NCBI GenBank assembly: GCA_050230475.1
Contig: JBFLGF010000124.1
Location: 1 to 64,000, forward strand
Origin: Ancylonema sp.
Lineage: Eukaryota
Length of the DNA: 64,000 nucleotides
Direction: 5' to 3'
Shown: one piece after another, positions 48,691 to 60,391 of the stretch
Position numbering within the stretch: position 1 is the first letter of the stretch
How the letters are laid out: every line of letters starts with the position of its first letter
Made by a program: the position numbers and the translations under genes
Notes under the pieces: generated by a model
The model's input: the letters and a program-made list of their open reading frames with translations, nothing else
What the model was told of the DNA's origin: nothing
Database searches by the model: none

Positions 48691-50853
48691 ATGACCAGTA
48701 GTAGTGCATCGCGGTTATGGGTAAGCTTACTGAGTTCGGAGCTGAACCGGGAGGCGATAGTTGCGTTCGTGCATAAGGACTTCATGTCTTATCCATAGTT
48801 TATAATTTTGGGGACATGGGTGACTCATTGAAGCTTGGCACTTTTCGAAAAGTGTCCCCAAGCTTCCATGAGTCATCGGATTGTGACCCTGTCGCTCGAA
48901 TCACGAGTGTTGACGTCGTAGAAATTGTGTAGGGGGGCCGCAAGAAATTGTGTGGGCTAGCAAGTCAGGTACAACAAAAGGTTTGTTGCTACGTGTGTGC
49001 TGCATTCGTTTTTGTGCTCAAAACAGAACTTTGTCAAAACGAAAACTTTGCAAAACGAAAACGAAAACGTTGCTTGCGAACATCTTGTTTGTTGGTTGCA
49101 CATTGCCATTACACATTTAGTGTATCAATTGTGTCATCATGTTGACAATTAATGGTATTACTATTTGGAACTCAGGAGTTACAAGGATGACACCTTAGCG
49201 AATTGAACATGAGCATGAGCATTAAATGGCGTTTCCAATCATTGTCACAATCAACACCCATAATACATGTAGAGATTTCCAATTCGGTGTAGTTGGCAGT
49301 CATGCGGTATAGATGGACCATAGGAAACTCTTTGTTTTTGTTTGAAATCACCTTTTAGCGCAATTTGCGTCAAAACGTGCGCATGTTTCTGTTATGGCGA
49401 TATTAACCAAGATAAGGAGTTGATGTGTTGTTTCAATTGGTATTGCGCTAGCGCCTACGAATGAGTGTGTGTGGGCGAATTTGTTACAATGCGTATTTGT
49501 CAATGTGAAGAGTCGAGAAGCCGGTCACTGTTAAAAAACGCATGGGCTAGAAAGATGTCACCATTATAAAACTCTAGGAAAGAAATGTCACATGGTGTAT
49601 GGTTTGGAAGTAAAAGCCGACTTCAAGCAACCGCTTTGCACTTTATAGCTCGTCTCTCCACAAGCCACTACTTTCGTCATCGACACATCAACACCGTACT
49701 GACGACACGTGATGCAATCTGTCATCGATTTGCCTATCAAGTATCGCCACGTGCTTTTGTGGAGAATACCTCGCAACTTATTGTGGCACATGTTCATGTT
49801 GTATAGTTATTGAAATTCTTCGTGGGTCTATCTTGTTTCATGCTTATGACCGAGTACAACCCTCACATTTGTATTCCCTTCACTTCATTCACTACAGAAC
49901 AACATTTCGGTTTGCAAAACCTCTAGCTTGTCTCAAGAAAAAGCCGAGTCTTGGCTAACGCCTCGGTTTTTCTTACTAAAATTTACATGTTGACATGCTC
50001 ACATGTTAGCGACGGCTTCTTATTTTTTGACATGCTGATAAAATATGTCATCGATATGACATTCTGAATTCATGATTTTTAGAAATCGTTCGACGAATGT
50101 GGGTAAATTCAAGATTTGGCGATCAAATACATTTTGATGTATTTGATCGGAATGTTGAGACTTTTGATATTCTTTATTAAGGTTCCATTGTTGAGATTTT
50201 ACACACAATGTTTGGAAGAAATGCGAGAAGAAAAATGCTATCAGTCCTTCGGCTTTGTCAACAGCGCCCAGAATGTTTGCTCATGATAGAATATTGGTGT
50301 AATTCAAAGTTTTGTGAAATATTAATAATTGGTCTCTCGATAGGCCATCCTGCCTTGGATTACCACGACGCAATTCATAGATGTGACCGTCAGATTATAA
50401 CAAACTTTAACGTGACTCGTCGTCGTCTTGCCAACTTAGTTGAATGAAGGTAATACGCAGAGTAATACGCATAGCAAAGAACTGACTGCGGAAGTGACCG
50501 ACCTCTCACTAAGATGTAACTTCTGAAATCGTAGTTGGGCGCGCACAACCAAAATCGCGCACACTCATACACATCATAACACCACACAAGAATCTCTCAA
50601 ACACTACGAATCATACTACGGGCAATACACATGTTAACACGTTCAATTTGTCGATCTATTCACGATTGTAACTTATATAACCATCAAAAGAAAAACAATA
50701 GGATACACATCACTCGCCACGTTCGCTTCATTTAACACCAATTAGCTCTATGACATTTCAGATTTATCCGAAGTGAGGGTATGCATTCGGAAAATTATTA
50801 AACACGGTTTTTAATTTCCATATATGAAATCAACGGGTATCTCACACCGGGCT

Positions 50854-51794
50854 CTATCCTCCAATATTAATGCTTGCCGTTCCACGAGTCGACGACAACT
50901 GTCCCCTACACGCTCCCTTGGGATGATTCGTGGTGGAAATTTGAATGTAGTAGTTTTGAGGCTGTTGAGTCAAGTACTCGGCGAACTTCAAGTCCAGTCT
51001 CTGTGTTCCAAAGAATGAGTACCCCGCCTCTCCGAAGGTACCGTTTCTGATCGTGGTCCCCTTGTCGAGCAGACGGATCAAAGGCGGTCCAAACTGCCGC
51101 AGGAAACAACACGTTGAACCATAATTATCGACGGAAACGGAAACAGAATCTGGGTTTCAATTGTTGTCGTGCAAACGAGTCATCCGCGTTTATTGTCTCC
51201 CATCAGGAGTTATTTTAAGTTATGTTAGGTTATCAAAATGTTGGCAGCAAGCGTTACCTCGGTGGCGCTTCCAGCGTACAGGAAAGCTGAGATTGGCTCC
51301 GTCGTATTTATGCCATGAATCCAGTAGGCCAGATTTCCGAGTCGTCCGCTGACCATTATAAGTGCTGAACAATAAAGATTCATCGGTCTGAGTGGCAGCC
51401 CACAATATTATACGAAGGCGAAGAATGAAACAGCTGATAATATATTCAGCCACTTGCACTGACAAATCCAAGCCTCATTTCGAGAAAATGGCATTCATCA
51501 GGAATGCAAATTCTCTAGCAGCCAAGGACTCTTTCAGAGTATGTAGCTGCAGTGAATGGGAGGAAGAAGCCGCAAGTACTGACCTTTTGCTTCCCCGCCG
51601 GGGTATCCAGGACCAGGGACTACGAATGATCCAAAGAGGTTGACGGTGTAAATAGAGTCTTCAGCTTGCGCATCTGCCGATCCAACGTAGAACGTCTGGC
51701 ACAATAAGAAGACTGCGACAGCTGATGAACTAATAGCGGTGTTACTTACGATTTGAGATCCTCCGCGCTGGGAACTTCTACTACCTATGGCCAT
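50854..51794 (-). CDS. Secreted CHRD-domain-like protein, paralogue 3; exons 51794-51584, 51364-51258, 51093-50854
   Basis: Leader AVAVFLLCQ..ADAQ; VNLFGSFVVPGPGYPGGEAKA; TEPISAFLYAGSATEFGPP; QPQNYYIQISTTNHPKGACRGQL; spliced frame is intact. Confidence 0.72.
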
Positions 51795-52230
51795 GGTCCA
51801 CCGGTGTATTACCGTTTGTAAGCTTAGGAAATCAGCAGACAAGTGATGAGGCAAGCCCTGCAGACGACGCAGAAAGTATATGTTACGCACAGAACCGAGT
51901 GTCAAGTTCTGATGCTCGACAATTTTGGAAAAGCTTGCTAGTGGCGTCGCTCGCTCCCAGGACCACTAACTCCTCACCATACGGAAGCGTATGGATAATT
52001 GAATGAAACATTTATTGACGAGCTTAGAGAAGGAGATCCTGTTACGACATGTTTTCGTGTATCGTTGACAGTGCGGTGAGCAATTTCCATGTCGTTATGC
52101 CACCCAGATATCGAATCACATTCTTCACTTATCGGTAGAAAATACCGAGCACGTTGGTGAACGTTCGGCTGCAATCTCCCTGAATAGTAGGAAATTACGT
52201 CGATGGTTAACGGAGATAGATTTTGAACAT

Positions 52231-52465
52231 AGTTGGGCGTGCACGTGTGCGCGGGTTTGGCGCACATGTTCGAAACATGTGCGCATCGCGCACATGTCCG
52301 AACATGGGCGCCTCGCGCACCTCCTGGCAGAATTTAAATTTGAAATTTTGACTGGGTTAAAAGCTGCCGCTCGTAATGAGGATTTTAAGTATTTTTTTAT
52401 TAAGTATCATTTCCTAGTTGGGCACGCACATGTGCGCGGGGGTGAGCAAACATGTTCCAAATGGA
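52231..52465. repeat. Short degenerate palindromic/MITE-like repeat
   Basis: AGTTGGGC..GCAC.TGTGCGCGGG occurs twice, with CACATGT palindromes. Confidence 0.4.
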
Positions 52466-54495
52466 TTAGTTTTTGTCAATGAATCGGTCCGCTAGACAAC
52501 GACTACAGTCCTTGCACTCAACTTCACTCAATTTTGTTCTTTACAGATATTCCATGTTTTTCTCTACCCTTTTGTTGATCATTGCGATTCAATATTATGG
52601 TTGCATTGTGATTTTGTGTGATATTTTTTGCATGCAACTTATGCCCTCTCTATATGGTCGTATTGGAACAACATAATCGGGGATGTGTTCAAAAAACTAT
52701 GCTAACATGGATGTACTTGAAAATAGCAAAGCTTGTGGTGAGTAGATAATTTGTTAGTGTCACTTGTGTTTTGTGTTTTGTCTTGTAGTAAGGGATTTAT
52801 TACTAGTACAACATCTCAAGCGTTATCTTATATTGTAGCCCCCCTTGTAAATAAAAAAGCCTTTTATCAGAGTCCTTGTTTTTGCACTCACTGATTGAAT
52901 AAATTTCAAGAAATGTAAAAAATATCAAACACCTAAAGTGCCTTTTGCGCATCATGCACACTAAATGATAGTGTTCCAAATGTGGAGAATATGATAATCT
53001 CAGCTTAAACATGATAGTAAAATCTAGGCACATAACAACGATGGCGGCGTTCCTACCAATTCTATTTTTTCTCGAACACTACTACAGTCCCACCAAAATA
53101 TACGCATATATTATTGCGACGATGATAAATTTTGGCAATTTCCCGGACTAAAGGTCCAAAAATATGGTGTAGAAAAGATGGTGAATGTTGATGTAGAGGA
53201 ACTCATGCTAACTCGTATATGCCAATGCGTTAAGGGAGATTTTATTGCGTAAATAATTCCCTACATCATTCGATAAATGTGGAAATTATGGACCATTTGT
53301 TGCACACAATTGCACGAAAAAAAATAGCGATACTATGACTTGTTCTTGTTTTTAGCATCACTCAATTTTTAGCGTAGTACTTTTTTCGATGGTAACAAAT
53401 CACATGTGTGATCGTATTGAAATCATTCAATAACCTTCGTATTCTTATCATTAACATGCCGAAAATGTCGTTGGGGTAATGTCCAAATGTGGAGTTTTCG
53501 ACCTTAACTGTACTTACAATGATTTACAACGACAATTCCAATTATTTACTTCCAATTTACGATGGGTTGATGTCTCACCGACAAATTTTCCTGAACAAAA
53601 ATTATTATACTAAACTTTGATGATACCAAAGTCATTAACTTGTCTTCGCATGTACTCCGTAGTTGATGTCGCGATTTTTTTTACCTACGTAGTCGAGTGA
53701 AAACGCCTCACCTTGCTCGGTCTTTTTATAGGTTGTACGTGTTAATATAGTTCATGTGTCGAATTTATCCAACTCTGTAGGAATTGAAAACGACTAGGTA
53801 CACACATTAGTCGATCAGCTTCCAATGACTCCAAGTCTCGAAAATTTAACACATTTCTACCAATACTTATGATGATGCAAACATAAATTAGAATTACATC
53901 TAGTGAATCAAGCATGAAATGGCACTCGGACGTAGCGGACAAGGAAATTAAGTGGAATAAAATATTGGAAAGTAATCTTTACAATCGAATTGGATATCCT
54001 GACAAAAAATAGAATGTCATGATTTGAGGAGACGGGAAGTTTCTCGTCGCCGACTTACACTATAGAGCCGATTATATATTTAAGATTGTGAAAATTGATC
54101 ATCGTATGCTACATGCCATATTCTCTGACTCGGGTTTCCTTTTCCAAAATTATAAATTCGTACAGGTTGTTGGTATGGTGGGTGATGCGATTTCAATCAA
54201 CTTCTTTCTGGCTCCAATCGCCATTACATCGTCCCATCCACTGTATAGAGGCGATATATTACTAACGGCAACCATCGATTTGATACTTTATCGAGAATTT
54301 GTTACTGATATTTTTGGATTGCTTACTCCCGTTGCAGAAAGTATACACGTCGCTCTTTTTTCCCCCTACATATATCGACGACAGGATCCCGATAACGGCA
54401 TCTTCGTTTGCAAAAGTCGCCAGGCGAAAGTAGTGCACGAAACTGTTTTTTCGGTGTAACGAACGGGTTTGCCGGAAGAGGCTCTGATTACGTCT

Positions 54496-55507
54496 TCAAG
54501 GGAGAGACCCTCCCACCCAAGCCCCGGTATCGCTGTTGGACACAGTCACAGATATACTAGAGTCGGAGGTCAATAAATTTCCCCTGCATGCCCCTGCAGA
54601 AAGAGGGTAAAAACAGAAGAGGGGTATTAAGTCACAGCGATGCGCGAAATTCATCAACAGATAATCATAATGATGCTTCAGCATGTGAAAACAACAAGCA
54701 TCGAAAGTCATTTGACTGGATAAGATATCAATCTAACATCATGTACTTCTCGAATGTAATCCATAAAACCACATACCGCGGGGATACTCGCGGGTGTAGA
54801 CTTGAATGTAGTACTTTGACGGTCTCGCCAAAATTTCCGAACTGAGCTCTGGAAAAACGCTGACTGCTCCAAGAACGGTGTACTTTCCCGGCCTAGGATT
54901 CTGAACAATGGTTATTCTTCGGAGGAATTCGATGAGCATGGCTGACGAATCGTACGTTCCTCCGCCACTGAACTCGTCGGAGCTGCCGCACTGCAGCTGA
55001 ATCGCGACCGGCTCGGATATGCCGACGAGGCTGAAAGGAGGAAATAGGTGAGGTCAGTCACAATTCAAATCTTGAGGTTTCAATGGGCGGGAAATAAAAT
55101 TATAATTTTGAGGACAACTTAGCAAAGAAGCAAAGCAAGATTTCATAGGCAGCATGAATTTTCGATGGCACCGTGGGGAGATGCAAATTTAGCCCGTGTG
55201 CAGCAGGTTTTAAAAACCAGCAAGCGTTTTGAGTGAGCACTACGAACTCAAACCTGAATTTGTAGTAGACGACATCAGCACCGAGGTCAAAGTCCATTTC
55301 TGCACTTCCTGACGCAGTGGGAGCGCCAGGATATCCAACCTCGCTGGCTCCGTAGAGTGCCACTTTGAAGAGATTTTGCAAAGCCTGAGCCTCAACTTGT
55401 CTCAGCAAGAGGAGAAAAAATACGAGGGCACAGATTCGAAGCGCGTGAAAATCTGCGATAACATTCTGTTGCCGAAGACATTTACCATTTTTTGGGGCAA
55501 TATTCAT
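54496..55507 (-). CDS. Secreted CHRD-domain-like protein, paralogue 4; exons 55507-55254, 55030-54777, 54593-54496
   Basis: Leader ICALVFFLLLL..VEAQ; LYGASEVGYPGAPTASGSA; GISEPVAIQLQCG; RPSKYYIQVYTREYPRGACRGNL; introns match paralogues 1 and 2. Confidence 0.75.
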
Positions 55508-58097
55508 TTACGACAACTGATTTTCTCCAGGGACAGTTGGTGCTGGAAGCGCGTAATTTATATGTGCAAGGGGCGCTTCTACGGCTATGTGAAAATTACA
55601 ATTATATGGGTGTATCTGCCGAGCAATGAGAAGCGCTCCCATAATTTCGAGCTTGAAACAAGAGGGTATGGTGAATCTTGGTCGCGTCCTCTGGTCGAAA
55701 TCGTAAAGGGCACTGAATCCCACAACGCCGTTCCTGAAACGCCTGGACACTCTTCCACGTGACACCTGACGAGTAGGGCATCTGACCTTGGAAACTGCAC
55801 ACGACGTGCACGTCAGCATGTCCTCGGGTGTGTCAAATTCGAACGACCCGGAGGGATTTTGACGCTATTTTAGATCCTGCAAAGATTCGTTTCTTGCGCA
55901 CCAATTAAGATTCCTCTAATATCGACTGGATCGACTGGAGGTAAACAGCGCCTGATTGGTTGTCAGGTACTTGTCATCACAAGTCGTCTTAAAACGACAG
56001 GACTTTGAGGACCACGCATGACCATTCACACGCTTCAAGCAGGTCCAGCACAAGACGACGAATATACGCCACTAGCGGTACCGACGTTTTCCCAGTCTCT
56101 ATAACCGGTAGTTCTTGAATCTATACGTGTAGGTACGACTCAAACCCCGGTATAAGAAAATTCGTTGTAAGAAAATTAACGCTAAAAGAAAATTTAATAT
56201 CGACATTATTATTCCTCGCAGAAAATTCGATATAAGAAACAAATAACACACGGACTTTACTATCACGGGTTGCTCTTACGGAGTAAAACCCCTCCAACTT
56301 ATTATTCCCTCAATAAGAAATGTTTATCAACTAATACTTAGTCTAATAAGTTCCTCACATAATTTACCGCGACCGCTTCTAAGAAACGATTCACGCGTAG
56401 AACGTGAGTACGAATATTTTCACAAAGCCATGTATTCAAACCTGGTAGAAACATCTTTGTGAGATATTATAAAGTATAAAGTTCCTCATACATATTATAA
56501 TAAATATTCGTCATAAGAAACCTTTTCCCCAACACTTTTAGATGTATTGTATCGGGATATCGGGGTACATTGTGAACTCTGAATTCTGGGATAATTTAAA
56601 AGTTCAAAGTATATAAATTTGTTCATGTTGGAAAGATTTCCATTGCGAAGTCCCACGAAACTTTGTGCACGGTTACATAGAGAAGATCCTATGAATTTTT
56701 ACAGTCGATATATCGTTTTGAGTACGTGTATATCTTCTTATTCGCATATCGAAGAATCCGTCGATATCGCGTTTCGAGCCGACAACTTGTCTTTACTTGT
56801 AAGCATAGCTCGCTCTTCATGAGAATATACTTCCGGTTTGAGGCGGCTTTAGTGTATGCTTTGTGTGTGGCCACCCTTGTCTCGCAAAGTGTCTATTGAT
56901 AATCTTGGCGTGATATATAAAAGTCTCTAGTCTTCACTCTTCAGTCTTCAGTCTTTAAAAGTCTTATTCGAGGCTAAAGTTGGCATGACCCCGTGGCGTA
57001 GCCTTGGGGTCTTGATTGATATCTCCGGGTTGAAGGATGGACGGGGACGGAGATTAGTCGGAAATTAATGTACATTTGTCCGAACTTATGACATTGCCCA
57101 CACGTTTGCGCCCGTGCGTGTGCTTATAATTGTGCAATAAGTACATTCCACTTGCAAACCCCTCGTTTATGCGCATATTGACACGTTCGTGGGGTTTCGA
57201 TTTTTCGCAATCTACCGTCCCACTTTTTACTCCCTTTTTTAAATAAGGATATAAAATGTGACTCCACATTGCGGTTTCCCAATGTTTTCCTTATTCTCCT
57301 GATCGCGTTGAATCCCTAAATGGTGTCTGGGTGAATAATTTCAAATTGGTGTAGCTGTATCTTTCCAAGGTGAACCAATATAGAATACATTCGTCGGTCT
57401 TCGCATTCCTCGTGATCATGTGTTTTGGCGTTTGTTCACACGTAGCAGACCCTTGCCTATCGAATATTTTCGCTAGGGGTTTTGTGAATTTCGTGATTTT
57501 CGTATTTTAGGGAAAACAACGAACTGAAATACTTAAGTATCGATTTTCATGTGCTAAAGATTTGTCAACAGAGACTTATTAATATCTCAATGCAATAAAA
57601 GATTATGATACGTGGTGAGGTACCGATAAGTATTTTCTTGCATGTTAACAAGAAAAAGTATTTACGACTTGTATCGCTAGGATTTGCGAATCGTAAAAAA
57701 ATGATTTTGTAGAACTTTGCAATTGAAAGATAGTGGTGCAATTTCAAAGTACTGTTCCATGCCTACGTTGATTTTACGATTGTTTGTTTTGAGTTATGAG
57801 TATGGATACAATAAATTGCAGCATCTATCTATATCAATTTGATAAGTCCGAAAATAGCTACTCGCTTAAAAAGACGTTAGAGTGCACACTTGGCATGATC
57901 TTGTTTTTTTCACCCTCTCCACACAACGATACATCGTCATGGTTAACCGAACCGTCATTTGCGGTTCCGCCAGCCCCGACCTCGGACGGGATGTGTATTT
58001 GAAGGCCTAAAATTTTGGACTCTCAAATTTGGATACTTGCGATTTTCTTGAGCATGTAAGTAGAAACCCCACATAACATATATAAAGAATGTGAGAG

Positions 58098-58937
58098 CAG
58101 GGATGGCAAGCCTAAAAACCCGCTTCGTAATTAGGGATATTTACGCCCCAACTACAAAAACATAAGAAGGGTACGAAGAGGAATCACTTCTAAAAATCCG
58201 TATACATATAATTCAGTTTAGGGGCATTTCCCGAACCCCCTTGGCAATTTAGGGGAAAAATTGCTTTGCCGGGTTTACTATTATAAGCAAAAGAAGTAAA
58301 AAAGAGAAATGGCGGACCAAAACGTACAAAGAAGTGAGCTGCATTGCGGATAGGTGAATAAGACATTGAGTTTGTAGGGAAATGTTGACGTATCGAAATA
58401 AATATGGTTTGAATATAATTATAAATGCCATCAGTTTCCTTGCACTTGTGATGACAAAAAAACTGTACTTATCATTTTTCGCGTTCGGGGTTGTACATGA
58501 GATAACAAGTGTCAAAGTGTGGATAAATATGGGAATGGATTCTTTATTGAGTGAATACAATTTCCGATGCCATCAATCGTTCTCGTTTAGATTTTCACTT
58601 CTATGCTCGAGTATTTTTCTATATTTCAGACACCACGCGCGGAATTTACTTTCCAAGTTTTCCAAATGTATAATACGCGCAAAGAGATGTTGGTTAATTA
58701 TAACGTTATTTTGTGATCAAAATGATGTAGTAGATCATACACGAATGATGTAGTGAATGTGGCTGTTCAAAGGCTCCTTAAAAGGTGGTGAGTCCCGCTA
58801 CGTCTAACCGTAACGGAAATGTGCTTGAAACACACGACTCCATGGGAATGGCGAGTTTTTAGGGGCACCATTGTGGCAAAGCTACCTACGGGTGCAGAAA
58901 ACAAAACAGAAATTCAGGGCCTAATTTGCCATCCCTG
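58098..58937. mobile_element. Non-autonomous hAT element
   Basis: TIRs CAGGGATGGCAA / TTGCCATCCCTG; 8-bp TSD TGTGAGAG / CGCGAGAG (two CpG>TpG changes). Confidence 0.85.
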
Positions 58938-59188
58938 CGCGAGAGAAACTTAAGGAGCCGTCATCTCGAAGGTCGTTATTTCGAGGAAAGACTCTACTCG
59001 GATGTAGAGCTTTCCGCGGCGGTAACAACGGCCAGTGGTAATCTCCTGGAAAGAAAGGGCGGACGGCATGCCGGCCCGACGAAACCATGACGAATCTGTG
59101 CAGAAATTTCCGTGCTTCCTGCAGTCCACGTCATCACATTGCGCCTGCCGGCTCCCTGGTTCTTGGCGCGATGATGGATATGGTTGAC

Positions 59189-59697
59189 CTCATACTTGGC
59201 CCCGCCCCGAAAATCCCGCCCCGATTTTCGCCCCGGGCGGCGCCCTGAGCGGGAAATTTCCCGCCCGGGGCGGGGCCATAGAGCTTTTTCAGGTTTTTGG
59301 TAAAAGGACCCCAAGACCACGTAAATTATGTTCATATTTATAAATGTTAAATCCAACAAGTATTCAAGATTTTATAACACTAAGTACGCCTGCCATCTTT
59401 ACCCGTGTAGTATTCTTTTTTATATCTCAAGTTTTTTTTATTTTTATTTTTATTTTTAACGCATTATACCACACCACGCCACGGAGTCGGACTCATGAGT
59501 GACATTAGATGATGTCGGAATTGTGGCGTATGGTGCACATTGTGCAAGAAGTCAATTTTTGACAAAACCAACCATATCTCCGCATTGCGGCATTTTTTTA
59601 TTTTTGGTATTTTGGCCTGTGGCCCCGCCCCGAAAATCTCGCCCTGTTGTTTTCGCCCCGAGCGAGAAATTCCCCGCTCGGGGCGGGGCCAACTATG
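59189..59697. mobile_element. MITE with GC-rich internally palindromic arms
   Basis: Inverted ends CATA.TTGGCCCCGCCCCG / CGGGGCGGGGCCAACTATG; each arm is itself GGCCCCGCCCCG...CGGGGCGGGGCC. Confidence 0.65.
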
Positions 59698-60391
59698 GTT
59701 GACCTGTATGTAGCATAGGAGGCAAGATAGTTCTCTACTTCGTGAAAGTTAGGAACCGGTTGATGCTTCTGAATGATGTTCAAAAGCCGGGATCTGTAAA
59801 AGCTAGCAAGTTACGGTTGCCCGACACCGTTTCATTTTGACGTTTCTTATTACAGAATAGTATTAAATGTTATCTAGATGGCGACGACGTCACCGGTGAT
59901 GTCTGCTCTATAGATAAGAGTTTGGAGTCCTATCGGGCATGGAGCGCAGCCGTGCTCCACTCGATCTTCTATTTCGGAGATACAATCGAGAAGCTCGCCA
60001 GAAATTGCTTCCAGAGCCACTATTTATTTTCTACGCCAAGGGCTTCCAAGTCTACACGCGGTTATTCGGTACGAATTACAGGTAACGCCTTCCGCGCGCT
60101 TCGAGAATCTTCGCAAGGGTTAGTACGAGAACGGGTAGTAGCTCTTAATACAGACGGGATGTGCAGTCGGAATCGCCATACGACTCTGCTGTCTCATGGT
60201 GGTCGCGTGATAGCCGGGTCACAACTGGGAACGACTGCACGAGATTTGCATGTAACAGATTGACTGAAATCTGTGACCTCGAGTAACCGCATCAAGGTCA
60301 TGGGCACTCACACACTACTGCCATTGTCCGACAAGATGTATAAAGATGTCATGAAGCAGACTACCTAGTTTTAGTTCCAGTTGCCAGCTGG

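Noticed and set aside
48900..50600. Possible ancient TE coding remnant
   Set aside because: Too degenerate to assign.
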